A stretch of 63,511 bases of DNA, filler included. It is 8 parts of 8 records of this genome, joined end to end, with 100 filler letters (N's around TTAATTAATTAA, not from the genome) between each part and the next. Parts side by side here need not be neighbours in the genome. Positions count along the whole stretch, not along the records: positions 50,961 to 57,896 come from SRR31147125_1860; positions 57,997 to 63,511 come from SRR31147125_1976; 6 more parts are not named here. The stretch is one strand, 5' to 3'. This document shows positions 53,342 through 63,511 of the stretch, piece after piece. The notes under the pieces are model-generated. The model searched no databases. It was given only the letters and a program-made list of their open reading frames with translations, and had not been told where the DNA came from. The translations under genes were made by a program, and so were the position numbers. Position 1 is the stretch's first letter; every line of letters starts with the position of its first letter.

Positions 53342-54172
53342 ATGCACTCATTCAAATTTAAAGTTAGAGGTTTTACTACATTACTCACAACCTTTTCATT
53401 CATGATATCACTCATTTCAGGCATTATTCTCTATTTTACGCCACAGGGTCGGGTGGCACATTGGACAAACTGGTCTATATGGGGTCTGGATAAAGAAACA
53501 TGGGGGGCATTACATATCAATTCCTCTTTGGTGTTCTTTATTATCATATTTGTGCATATATATTATAACTGGAAACCCCTTGTCAATTATATAAAAAAGA
53601 AAGCAGCCAAAACCATAAACCTCAAATTAGAGCTTTTCCTCGTAAGTCTGATCTCTGTTTTCATCGTCGTGGCGTCAATTCACGATCTGGAACCATTTAA
53701 TACGATCATAAGATGGAATAATAACGTTAAAAATTACTGGGCAGCCAAAGCAGATGCCGAACCTCCAATACCCCATGCGGAGGAGCTGACAGTGACAGAA
53801 TTTATTGCTTCTATGAATATGTCAATGGAAAAATTTGAAAGAATTGCAACATCACAAAAGTGGCACATCCAAAACGGCGATCAAAAAATCAGTGACATTG
53901 CTGAACAAAATAATCTGTCACCATCTGATATCTATCAAAAGCTTCAGGCGACAGCAAGCGCTCAGGGTAAAACTGGTTGGGGACGTAAAACATTACAGCA
54001 AACATGTGATGAATTTAACATTGATATAAATACCGCATTAACGCGCCTCAAGGTAGAAAACATACAAGCCATCGAAAGCCAAACCATCCGAAATCTGGCA
54101 AACAAACTTGGAGTGAGTCCGGTAAAAGTTGTCAGCATTATTAGTAATGGGGCTGTAAAAGCAAGTCACTGA
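53342..54172 (+). CDS. DUF4405-containing membrane protein
   Basis: ISGIILYFTP.G, W..LHI, HIYYNWK.L..Y; C-terminal repeats with G.GRKTL. Confidence 0.75.
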   Translation: MHSFKFKVRGFTTLLTTFSFMISLISGIILYFTPQGRVAHWTNWSIWGLDKETWGALHINSSLVFFIIIFVHIYYNWKPLVNYIKKKAAKTINLKLELFLVSLISVFIVVASIHDLEPFNTIIRWNNNVKNYWAAKADAEPPIPHAEELTVTEFIASMNMSMEKFERIATSQKWHIQNGDQKISDIAEQNNLSPSDIYQKLQATASAQGKTGWGRKTLQQTCDEFNIDINTALTRLKVENIQAIESQTIRNLANKLGVSPVKVVSIISNGAVKASH

Positions 54173-54194
54173 GACATTTTATAAAATTAACCTT

Positions 54195-54345
54195 GAATGA
54201 CGTGCAAAAGTAATAAGCCAAATAGAAGCATCAGATCTGCGCTTTAGCACTTTTGATTCTTTTGTACGTCATTCCATCATATTGCTATATAATGAGCCGG
54301 AATACACCTACCCAATCATTCCGAATGCTCTCACCTGGTCATTCC
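54195..54345. repeat. Degenerate REP-like cluster
   Basis: GAATGACGTGCAAAAG 54195-54210 and CTTTTGTACGTCATTC 54259-54274 form a 15/16 inverted pair; further TCATTCC motifs follow. Confidence 0.45.
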
Positions 54346-54579
54346 GCATATTCTGAGTGGGTATCCCCATAAAAAAAGAGTCCTGTCTATCCCTCATTCT
54401 AATCACATCTTTTGTCACTTTACTAAAGAAAAGTTGTAAACCACTCTTTTTTATCATATATTATTAAATATATTTCTGTACCTGATGATACTTTCAGATG
54501 CAAAAAATTTACGAACTATAACATTTTAGAAAACATATAACAAGCAAGATAAATTCAGACACGGTTGAAATAATTTAAA

Positions 54580-55191
54580 ATGAAACGCTTACAAATACAT
54601 CCTGACAATCCTCAGGGTCGACATATAAAATCTGCAGTAGACGTTTTAAAAGCAGGTGGGCTCATTATTTACCCCACAGATACCATGTATGGTTTAGGCT
54701 GTGATTTGTTTAATAAAAAAGGTGTAGAGCGAATCTATCAGTTAAAGGGTAAAGACAAGCGCATGCGTCTAAGCTTTATTTGTCCTGATCTAAAAGATAT
54801 TGCAAAATATGCCCATGTCTCAACACCTGCCTATAAAATCATGAAACGTTTGCTGCCCGGTCCATACACTTTTATTCTGGAAGCATCACGAGAGGTCCCT
54901 AAAATATTACTCGAAAAGAAAAAAACAGTCGGTATCCGTGTTCCGGACGACGTCACATGCCACATGTTATTGGAAGAATTCGGAAACCCCATTATAAGCA
55001 CAAGTACCAGATTACTTCACCAGGAATATATGAACGATCCCGATGATATTGCCGAACAATTTTACCATTCCGTCGATTTATTTTTGGATGCCGGTTTTTG
55101 TGGACTTTTACCTTCAACAATACTGGATATGACAGAGGATGATCCCCAGATTATCAGAGAAGGTAAAGGAAATCTGGAAATTATTTATTAA
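54580..55191 (+). CDS. Sua5/YciO/YrdC family protein (YciO-like)
   Basis: IHPDNPQ.R, YPTDTMYGLGC, LPGPYTFIL, TVGIRVPD, ISTS. Confidence 0.92.
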   Translation: MKRLQIHPDNPQGRHIKSAVDVLKAGGLIIYPTDTMYGLGCDLFNKKGVERIYQLKGKDKRMRLSFICPDLKDIAKYAHVSTPAYKIMKRLLPGPYTFILEASREVPKILLEKKKTVGIRVPDDVTCHMLLEEFGNPIISTSTRLLHQEYMNDPDDIAEQFYHSVDLFLDAGFCGLLPSTILDMTEDDPQIIREGKGNLEIIY

Positions 55192-55295
55192 TATTTTTTA
55201 TTTTAAAACAACACTCATAAATGTTCGCCAGCATCCTGACCACATCTTCAAAATCAACTGATAACACCATCCATAAAAATCACGCCTGTTACTGC

Positions 55296-55772
55296 TTATA
55301 TTGTTACAATCTCTATATCATTGGACATGGTATCCCATATGGCCAGAGTCGATTTCTCTGTCAGCCAGCCACCTAATTCACCGGGATTCACAACCAATGT
55401 GGGCTCTTTTGTAACCTCAATTTGGTGAAGATGGCCATAAAGAATCAGATCATATTTTTTTGATTCACGTAACGTTTCCAGGATAATGGGATCATGCAAC
55501 ATTAAAATTTGTTTACCATCCAGGGCAATTTCATGCGGTGGATCAAATATTTTATCTTTGAAAACAGTCCGAAGACCATGTTTTTCACCATCATTATTAC
55601 CAAATACAATTGTCAATGGCGCATCAAGATTCTTTAATGCTTTATTTACAAAAGGAGCAACCAAATCACCGCCATGCAACACCGCATCTACTTTATGCTC
55701 ATTACAGTATGTCACGGCACGTGCCAGAGCATCCATATTATCATGACTATCACTCATTAATGCTATCTTCAT
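55296..55772 (-). CDS. YfcE-like metallophosphoesterase
   Basis: SDSHDN, HGGD, FGNND, YGHLH, VNPG. Confidence 0.9.
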   Translation of the reverse strand: MKIALMSDSHDNMDALARAVTYCNEHKVDAVLHGGDLVAPFVNKALKNLDAPLTIVFGNNDGEKHGLRTVFKDKIFDPPHEIALDGKQILMLHDPIILETLRESKKYDLILYGHLHQIEVTKEPTLVVNPGELGGWLTEKSTLAIWDTMSNDIEIVTI

Positions 55773-55803
55773 AACAATATCCTTATTTTTATTGTCCATT
55801 TTT

Positions 55804-56511
55804 CTATGGAGAAACAATAAATCCCTCCCGTATAATTCGGTTCTCTATATCTATCTGCGGTGGCAACCCAACCGTACCAGATGGGCGTTTATTGGATTGT
55901 TTTAAAAGTGTCTCTGCGGATATCGCACACAGCATGGCATCACACTGATCTGTTGTTGGACGTAACACATTCCCCATATCATAACCTCTGAGCTTTAACA
56001 AATTCACCACGAAATCTGCATATTCAACAGGATTCTTTCTCTTTGAGGGTATCCTGGCTTCTGGAACACGTCTTTGCAGAATGCGTCTTGGATAGGTCTC
56101 ACAAACCAGAGTCCTGTTCTCCTGCGCTTTTTCAAATCCATACACCAGATAGTCTTTTGACATATAACATTGCCAGGCCACTTCAATACCGAATTCAATG
56201 AGACCTTTATAAATCTTCCAGGTGACAAGTTCACTTCTGTTCATAGGCAATCTTTTCGTCGGACATGCTGCTTCACGATCACATTTTCGAATAACCGGGT
56301 TAGAACCTTTTTGCGGTAATCCCAGCGGCGCATCGATGGCGATATGCGAAAGTTGGCTAAACCTGTCCGGCTTTGAGGGCAAAATCTGCTCATAGGAGGC
56401 CTGATACAAATCCAGCCAAAATGTTTTATCCTCCAGCCAGGCGATATATGACACCGTATTAAAGGAACCTGGATCAATGCCAGCAACACACATAAATTTG
56501 ACCTTCAACAT
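55804..56511 (-). CDS. DUF429 family (RNase H-fold) protein
   Basis: AGID, AIDAPLGLP, R.CD, ETYP, DQCDAMLCA. Confidence 0.75.
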   Translation of the reverse strand: MLKVKFMCVAGIDPGSFNTVSYIAWLEDKTFWLDLYQASYEQILPSKPDRFSQLSHIAIDAPLGLPQKGSNPVIRKCDREAACPTKRLPMNRSELVTWKIYKGLIEFGIEVAWQCYMSKDYLVYGFEKAQENRTLVCETYPRRILQRRVPEARIPSKRKNPVEYADFVVNLLKLRGYDMGNVLRPTTDQCDAMLCAISAETLLKQSNKRPSGTVGLPPQIDIENRIIREGFIVSP

Positions 56512-56613
56512 TCGATTTAGAGTTTGTTATTCCCTGTGAAAAGCACTCTCACATTTTCCATATTTTTTTAACCTGGATAAACAAAAGTCATTGACAAGAG
56601 AAATTGACGAAAA

Positions 56614-57557
56614 TCATACAAGTCCAAGTGATTTTAAAACAAAAAGTCCCAGTGTTAACGTGATAACAGATCCTAATGTACTCAATAAAATAATATTCCC
56701 GGCAAGTTTTCCGTTACTACCCATAGCTTCTGCCATAATATATGTCGCAACAGCTGCCGGCGCACCGAAAAAGAAAAACATGACGCCCAACTCCGAACCA
56801 CGAAATCCTGCCAGATAGGCCAGATAACCAAGAGAGAGAGGCATTACAACGATCTTTATAATCGCAGCTAAAAACGGTAATCGAAAGTTCTCTTTTATAT
56901 TCGTAAAACTTAATGATCCACCAATGCCTAACAGCGCTAAAGGTAATGTCATGGAAGCCAGATAATCGATCGTTTCAACCAGAATGGAATGAAGGGTGAA
57001 CTGAAAAAATGTAAATGGTAAAGATACAAGAACAGCTATAATAAGTGGATTCTTAATAATATCCTTTAGTGCGTTCCAGGCACTAATTTGTTTCTCTTTA
57101 TGTTGGGGGACCGACAATGATAGAACAGCGAGTATATTGTAAAGTGGCATAACAAAAGCTAAAAGCATGGCTGCATTAGCAAGAGCGGTTTGCCCGAATG
57201 CCTTAAATATCAAAGCAAAACTAAGGATGGCAATATTACTTCTAAAACTACCTTGAATAAAAGCACCCTGATCCCGACCGTTGTTACAAATAAAAAAAGA
57301 GACAATCCACGCAAAAGCACATGCAATTACGATTGCAACATTAACAAAAACGATTTGTCTGAAATTCAGTACTTCTGAAAAATGCGTAGTGGAGATTTTG
57401 AAAAAACAAGTGCCGGTAAGGTGACATTAAAAACAATCTTTGAAGCAACTTTAACAAAATTATCATTAATAATCCCACGTTTTTTTAAAAAATACCCGAG
57501 AAAAACAATGAGAAAAACAGGTGTTACAACGTTTAAAGTAAAAATCAAATTTTGCAT
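56614..57557 (-). CDS. AEC family transporter (frameshifts between about 57240 and 57400)
   Basis: VTPVFLIVFLGYFLKK...VFNVTLPALVF; KNPLIIA, TLPLALLGIG, PAAVATYIMA. Confidence 0.85.
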
Positions 57558-57640
57558 TCATTTCAACTTTCTACGGTACTCAATTTAATAGATTCGCGGT
57601 CTTGACCGTATCAGAGCGGGAATCGATCAGCATATAATTA

Positions 57641-57895
57641 TTAGTCAAAATATTCATCATCCGGATCAAGGGCTGGTACGCCAACAATGATGGCACGCAC
57701 CTCACCCTTAACCTGATGCCGAACCCCGGTTGGTATGTATATACACTGTCCGGGAATCAAAATGACGGATTGATCATCCAAAAACAAGACTCCCTGACCT
57801 TCCAGGATATAATAAACCTCTGTTGTCTTTTTGTGGTAATGGCGTTCAGAATCCTTTATATCGGTCTGATGAAAATTCAGTTTATCCGTATATTC
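57641..57895 (-). CDS. Cupin domain protein (5' truncated; absent from the ORF track)
   Basis: Manual translation EYTDKLNFHQTDIKDSERHYHKKTTEVYYILEGQG...PGQCIYIPTGVRHQVKG...DEYFD*. Confidence 0.8.
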   Translation of the reverse strand, partial: EYTDKLNFHQTDIKDSERHYHKKTTEVYYILEGQGVLFLDDQSVILIPGQCIYIPTGVRHQVKGEVRAIIVGVPALDPDDEYFD

Positions 57896-57896
57896 C

Positions 57897-57996
57897 NNNN
57901 NNNNNNNNNNNNNNNNNNNNNNNNNNNNNNNNNNNNNNNNTTAATTAATTAANNNNNNNNNNNNNNNNNNNNNNNNNNNNNNNNNNNNNNNNNNNN
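57897..57996. other. Artificial contig spacer
   Basis: N44-TTAATTAATTAA-N44. Confidence 0.98.
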
Positions 57997-58023
57997 ATGG
58001 GCAAGTTATTAAAAACCGATTCC

Positions 58024-58827
58024 TTATTTTACAGGACCGAAAAGCCCTTCTCTATATCCGGTGATAAACTCCATACAGAACTCATCCTCTCCCTTAAGGG
58101 CCTCAGTGGCGTAAATGAGTCCCATCATATGTTTGTGCAGCGGATTAATGATGGCGCTGTCCATTCCCGCCCCCATGCATAGAATGAGAAACGCCTGATT
58201 GACAAATTTTCTTGCAGGTAAATTAAAGGAGATATTACTGGCCCCACCGGTAATATGAATGGCAGGGTATTGTTTTTTTATTTCCCGCATGACATCCAAA
58301 ATGGTATTGATACCGTCTTCGGAGGTGCAAAGCATTTCAACCAGTGGATCGATATGAAGGCGGGAGGGATCGATATTGAATTCCTCGGCCCGCTCCATGA
58401 TGGCGGCAAAGACCTCCATACGCTTTTCATAACTTTTGGGAATGCCGGTATCGTCGCAAAGCAGGGCGGCACATTCCCAGCCCGTGTCGGCAATGCGCGG
58501 GAAGATCACATCGATCTTGTCGCCTTCCAGAGACACTGAATTGATAAGCCCCGGTTTGTTGCAAAATTCCATGGATTTCGCACAGATTTCAGCACTTGGG
58601 CTATCCACGGCAATGGGGGTGTCCGTGGCGTCCTGAACCAGATCGATGAGCCACTTCATGGTCTCCAGCTCCACAGACACGTCTGTTGAGGCGCAGACAT
58701 CGATGAAGTGAGATCCTGCATCTGCCTGGGTTTTTGCCAGATTTTCAATGAATGCCGCATCCCGTTTTTCGATTGCTTCCGCAACGGAAGGGATGGCACC
58801 GTTAATTTTTTCTCCGATAATAATCAT
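58024..58827 (-). CDS. Methyltetrahydrofolate:corrinoid methyltransferase (AcsE-like, pterin-binding)
   Basis: MIIIGEKING, FIDV, PIAVDS, GLINSV, IDPLV, GASNISFNLP.R, GMDSAIINP. Confidence 0.9.
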   Translation of the reverse strand: MIIIGEKINGAIPSVAEAIEKRDAAFIENLAKTQADAGSHFIDVCASTDVSVELETMKWLIDLVQDATDTPIAVDSPSAEICAKSMEFCNKPGLINSVSLEGDKIDVIFPRIADTGWECAALLCDDTGIPKSYEKRMEVFAAIMERAEEFNIDPSRLHIDPLVEMLCTSEDGINTILDVMREIKKQYPAIHITGGASNISFNLPARKFVNQAFLILCMGAGMDSAIINPLHKHMMGLIYATEALKGEDEFCMEFITGYREGLFGPVK

Positions 58828-58853
58828 TATGAGTAATTTCCTATTCGCAACAC

Positions 58854-58967
58854 TTCGGACAGTTTTTGTGAATATCTGTTATTATTGAATTTTACCTTTT
58901 GAGACTTAAACTACCAGTTTCAATAACTTATTTTTTCAAAAAACCTGATGTCAAAAAACTGTCCGAA
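58854..58967. mobile_element. MITE-like 114-bp segment with 14-bp perfect terminal inverted repeats
   Basis: TTCGGACAGTTTTT (58854-58867) and AAAAACTGTCCGAA (58954-58967). Confidence 0.45.
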
Positions 58968-59033
58968 CCATTGGTCTAATCCTTGTTTAATGTTACAAAA
59001 AACTCTCCGAACTATTGGCTGATTGGGTCGATT

Positions 59034-60446
59034 TTATGCTGAAATTCCGTCAGGACGTGCCTGCTTCGAAACCGCAGAGGCTCCCCCGACTCTTCCGGCT
59101 GCGATATCTGCTTGTATTTCTTTGTGTTTTTCAGGGGTAATGCGATAGAGAACCAGAATAATAAGAAGGCCGGCACCGATGAAGACAGCCGGTACCAGGG
59201 CGATACCGTTTTTAATGCCGGAAATCAGCTCCGGCGTCGGGGCCATGTCGGCAACGTAACCGGCAGACACCAGAACACTGGTGATCACGATGCTTCTGAT
59301 AAGCACCGCACTTTTAATGGGGAAACTGATCAGGGACATAATAAAGCCTCTGGCGTTTTTCCCGGTTTTCCACTCTCCGTAATCGACTGTAGCCGAGTAC
59401 ATGGCAACACCTAAGGCATCCGGCATTCCATAACCGATGTAAGCCACGAACATCACAACGATGAATGACATATGGTTCATGGGAAGCAGCCAAACGGCAA
59501 TCAATCCGATGATGAAGAGACTGAGTGAAGCGATGTAAGTGTTTCTTTCACCGATTTTCTTGGCAATGGGAGCCGTTGCCATGGCCGCGAAGAAACAGAC
59601 CACATTGAGTCCGGTGAAGAAGACGGCAAGCACCCCCAGATTATTCACAACATATTTGAAGTAATAGAACGCCATACCGAATATGATGAAGCGGCCCAGA
59701 TAACGACCCAGCTCCGCCAGCATCAATCCGATGAGGGGCGGGTTGACGATAATCTGTTTGAGCATTTCTCCGATGCTCATCCTGTCTTTTTCTTCCGCCT
59801 GAGCATTGGCATCGGGATGGTAGGCATACGCTTTGGTAATGGCAAACAGCGCCCAGTAACAGAACGTCAGCATCACACCGGCGGCGATGACGGTAAGGGT
59901 GCATCCCATGGCTTTGTCCCCGGCACCGAGAAGATCAATGCTTTTTGCGCCCACCATGGAGAAAACGATGGCTCCGAGGGCATTGAACATCCCTCTGTTG
60001 GATGCCATGGAGATCCGCTCTTCCCTGACCGTGGTCATGGAGTTGTTCATGGCAATATGCGCGGCATAAAAAATGTTCCAGATTAAATGGGAGATGATGA
60101 AACCGATGGAGATCAATACGGCATTCATGACGGGGTCACCGAATTTGAAAAACTGAAGCGTATAAAACAGTACCGCCACGGGAGGGCCGATCAGAAGCCA
60201 GGATCGATAACGCCCCCAGCGCATCCCGCTTTTTTCCAAAATAACGCCGGCTGTCGGAACCCAGACAATGTCAAAGATACTGGTGACCATGAGTACGGTA
60301 CCGGCCATGGCCACGGGAATTTTTGCGTAGTCGGTCAAGAACGCGGCAAAGAAAAAGATTTCCATACTGACAAAACAGTTGAACCCGAACGAGGGTAACC
60401 CATACAGATTGATGACTGATTTTTTAAGGGCCTTGCTTTTATCCAT
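59034..60446 (-). CDS. MFS transporter, glycoside-pentoside-hexuronide (MelB-like) family
   Basis: ATG 60446 after GGAGG; RWGRYRSW, ER.SMAS.R, VDYGEWKTG; about 12 TMs. Confidence 0.88.
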   Translation of the reverse strand: MDKSKALKKSVINLYGLPSFGFNCFVSMEIFFFAAFLTDYAKIPVAMAGTVLMVTSIFDIVWVPTAGVILEKSGMRWGRYRSWLLIGPPVAVLFYTLQFFKFGDPVMNAVLISIGFIISHLIWNIFYAAHIAMNNSMTTVREERISMASNRGMFNALGAIVFSMVGAKSIDLLGAGDKAMGCTLTVIAAGVMLTFCYWALFAITKAYAYHPDANAQAEEKDRMSIGEMLKQIIVNPPLIGLMLAELGRYLGRFIIFGMAFYYFKYVVNNLGVLAVFFTGLNVVCFFAAMATAPIAKKIGERNTYIASLSLFIIGLIAVWLLPMNHMSFIVVMFVAYIGYGMPDALGVAMYSATVDYGEWKTGKNARGFIMSLISFPIKSAVLIRSIVITSVLVSAGYVADMAPTPELISGIKNGIALVPAVFIGAGLLIILVLYRITPEKHKEIQADIAAGRVGGASAVSKQARPDGISA

Positions 60447-60547
60447 ACAATTTTCCTCCAAAATAAATGCTGACGGAATCCCGGTCGATGGGGTCGTCAT
60501 GGTAATTGGTGTCGATACAACATAAAAAATGACTTCCCCCTTGTATG

Positions 60548-60562
60548 GCAAGAGCTGTGCCA
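60548..60562 (-). promoter_or_regulatory. Sigma54 -24/-12 promoter for the MFS and methyltransferase genes
   Basis: Minus strand TGGCACAGCTCTTGC matches TGGCAC-N5-TTGC. Confidence 0.65.
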
Positions 60563-60756
60563 TCATTGCTTCGTCGTTTAAAACCTTTTAAAAACAGACT
60601 GTTATGATAAGGTTAAAACATGTGGGAAAAGATGATTTTTTTCGACATATCGTAATTCCACTTTATTTAGTATCTACAATTCGGGATTTGGCACCTGGTT
60701 AATAATTCAAAGGCTCTTGAATATCAGCCATACCCATAATAATATGGTGTTCTAAC

Positions 60757-60875
60757 GAGTCTGTAAAATAAGTCCTGCTTCAAGGGAAAACGTGATTTCC
60801 CATTTTTATAACCACTTGATTTTATTAATTTTGAAAAATCAAATTTTCAAAAAAACGCACTTGTTCTACAGGCTC
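60757..60875. mobile_element. MITE (119 bp) with 17-bp imperfect TIRs and AAC on both flanks
   Basis: GAGTCTGTAAAATAAGT and ACTTGTTCTACAGGCTC (14/17); AAC at 60754-60756 and 60876-60878; internal IHF-like site 60809-60821. Confidence 0.6.
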
Positions 60876-60988
60876 AACGAGATGCTGCTGTGCCCCCCAA
60901 CACCCCAGGTACCTTTCATCAAATGCTTGTTTGTTGCTACAGAAATCAAGATGTAAGGTACAAATGGACGAGATTAATGAGAGGAAAA

Positions 60989-63354
60989 ATGAAATCACTT
61001 GCGTCATTGGAGTTACGAAAACAATTGCTGATCATCGTTGTTTTGAGTGCTGCCCCTATGGTTGGAATTCTGTTGATTTTTTCCGATTTCAAACATTTGA
61101 CAGTGACACATGGCATTGTATTGATTCCAGCTGCATTCTTATCTCTCATTGTTGCCTGGTTTCTGATCGGGCGATTGATTTTAAATCCTGTCAATCATTT
61201 GTTGGAACAAATTCTGCAGATCCGGAATGGGGAATTTCACAGCCTTGACTCCGATATCTCTTTGCCGGGTGAACTTCAAATTGTATCCAACGCGTTAACC
61301 GATATGGTCGTCACGCTTTTACAAAAAGAAAAAGATAAAGAAGAAGTTTATACCATTCTCGACACCAGTCCTTTGGTGGCTTTTGTCTGGGAGAACTCAG
61401 ACGGGTGGCCCGTAGAATTTGTGTCGAAAAACATTCTCAAGGAGTTCGGGTATCATCCCGACGAATTATTGAATGGGACCATCAAATTTGACCGGATGGT
61501 CCACCCGGATGACCTGGAACGAGTGGGAGAAGAGGTGACGACATTCAGCTCGGAAAAAGGGAGAAAGACATTTGTCCATAAACCCTACCGCATCTTTACA
61601 AAAGCAGGGGAAATCCGATGGGTGGATGACCGGACCTACATCAGAAGGGATCAAACCGGAAAGATTACCCACTATTGCGGTGTTCTTCTGGATATTACCG
61701 ATCGGGTAGAAGCGAGTGAGGCGCTCAAGAGAAATGCCAATTTTATCAGTGCCCTGTTGCATGCCGTTCCCACACCTGTCTTTTACAAGGATCATCACGG
61801 GGTGTATCAAGGGTGTAATGAGGCATTTTCAGATTTCATGGGTGTCACTGCCGTTGACATCAAGGGAAAAGGAATCGATGAGCTGTGGCCTGACAATCGA
61901 GACGGACTTTATCATCAAAATGATCTCGAATTGATGAAGAATCCCCGGCATCAGGTTTATGAATCTCAAATCAAAGATAAAGACGGCCGAATCAGACCGG
62001 TGATATACGCGAAAGATGTTTTTTTTGATGAAGAAGGAAAAGTAGCCGGTATCGTTGGGTCCTTTTTAGATATTTCCCAAGTCAAAGCGTCTCAAAAAGC
62101 CGCCAAAAAAGCCCATGACTTCATAAAACTTGTCTTGGATAATATTCCGATTCGGGTGTTCTGGAAAGACCGGAACTGTATCTATCTGGGATGTAACCGG
62201 CCATTTGCCGAAGATGCGGGGTTGAACTCTTCCGACGAGATTGTCGGAAAGACGGATTTTGATCTGGCATTTGCCGAGCAGGCAAACCAATTCCGACAAG
62301 ATGACATGGAAGTCATGGAATCCGGCCAATCCAAACTGTCGATAGAGGAACCCCAGGACAGACCCGATGGAAGCACCCGTTGGGTATTGATAAATAAAGT
62401 GCCCATGCGGGACGACATACAGAATGTCATTGGTGTGCTGGGGACCTATCAGGACATTACCGAGCAGGTTCGACTGGAAGAGATGATGGTTCAATCGGAA
62501 AAGATGCTCTCGGTTGGCGGTCTGGCTGCAGGGATGGCCCATGAAATCAACAATCCCCTGGCTGCCATGATTCAAACCGCCAATGTCATGAAATTACGAC
62601 TCTCCCAAATGGAGATGGTTGCAAATGTCCGGGCTGTCGAGTGCATCGGAATCACCATGGACGATATCAAGGCCTTTATGGAAAAAGAGAAATTTTCCGG
62701 ATGTTGGAGGCCATCACCGTATCTGGCCGACGCATAGCGGAAATCGTACAAAATATGCTCAGCTTTGCAAGAAAGTCCAATGCCGTCTTCTCCAGCCATC
62801 AGCCCGAGACGTTGATCGACCAGATCATCGAACTGGCTGCTACGGACTATGACCTGAAAAAGCAGTATGATTTCAGATCAATACATATCATCCGGGAATA
62901 CGATGAAAATCTTCCCATGGTTCCCTGTGAACGGGCCAAAATTCAGCAGGTACTGCTCAATATTCTCAAAAATGGTGCCCAGGCCATGCAGAAAAAACAT
63001 GCCAAAGCCCCGTCGACGCCTTGCTTTAACATAAGAGTCGGGGTTGACCGGGATAAAAAAATGCTGAAGATCGAAATTGAAGATAACGGTACGGGAATGG
63101 ATAAACAAACGCAATCCCGTGTTTTTGAACCGTTCTTTACCACAAAACCGGTGGGTGAAGGTACGGGCCTGGGGTTATCGGTGTCCTATTTTATCATCAC
63201 GCAAAATCACGGCGGCACAATGGAGGTGGAATCCACGTTGGGCGTAGGCGCGACGTTCATCATTGGTTTGCCTTTGGAGCGAGACAGAAATAAGCATGAA
63301 ATTAGGGGACTCATAAGAAATAACTTATCCAAATCCGGGAAAGCCCCTAGATAA
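60989..63354 (+). CDS. Membrane sensor histidine kinase (2 TM, HAMP, three PAS/PAC, HisKA, HATPase); frameshift near 62685
   Basis: VHPDD, three PAS domains, QSEKMLSVGGLAAGMAHEINNPL; second frame QQVLLNILKNG, DNGTGM, FEPFFTTK, GTGLGL. Confidence 0.92.
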
Positions 63355-63368
63355 TACCGGATGCTTTA

Positions 63369-63397
63369 TTCAAAAATAGCACTTGTTCTACAGACTC
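63369..63397. mobile_element. Second copy of the MITE/IS right end
   Basis: TTCAAAAATAGCACTTGTTCTACAGACTC followed by AAC; near-identical to 60846-60878. Confidence 0.55.
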
Positions 63398-63511
63398 AAC
63401 ACCGGGAATCCAAAATCAAGGATATCTTGACACCCCTCAGCCGATCGACGGTACCGTGGAAACCGAAACGACTGTCTTTGTAATAACGGTCATGTCAGGC
63501 CACCTGACACA

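Overview
This window is not one locus. It is eight unrelated contigs joined by seven artificial 100-nt spacers (N44-TTAATTAATTAA-N44), so gene neighbourhoods only count within a contig. Many genes carry single-base indels in homopolymer runs, probably sequencing errors. (1) 1-8531: Bacteroidota-like polysaccharide-degradation genes (sulfatase-GH78 rhamnosidase fusion, BNR-4 protein, PL8 lyase, heparinase II/III-like). (2) 8632-15210: end of a DUF3631 mobile-element gene, a palindrome-rich spacer, and a very large lipoprotein with disintegrin/EGF-like Cys-rich repeats fused to a teneurin-like core. (3) 15311-23256: surface polysaccharide locus (rfbA, amino-sugar pathway, flippase, GT2, Wzy-like). 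(4) 23357-35045: type I restriction-modification operon with an embedded PD-(D/E)XK nuclease, an M15 peptidase and a glycoside hydrolase-GT2 synthase fusion. (5) 35146-43786: Bacteroidota carbohydrate genes. (6) 43887-50860: a five-gene candidate immune/conflict operon (TIR/DUF4062-like protein, unknown adaptor, membrane-anchored nSTAND1 NTPase, exported 16-repeat WD40 protein, DUF4231/SLATT 2TM protein). Its first two proteins share a 17-residue motif (QTAEKIYNIDKIDNAKF / QSADKIYNIGSITNANF) placed like an amyloid or homotypic signalling pair. (7) 50961-57896: sigma54-driven envelope genes plus housekeeping genes. (8) 57997-63511: deltaproteobacteria-like corrinoid methyltransferase, MFS transporter, PAS histidine kinase and MITE-like elements. 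The best novelty candidates are the contig-6 operon and the contig-2 teneurin-like lipoprotein. All family calls come from motif recognition by eye; no searches were run.
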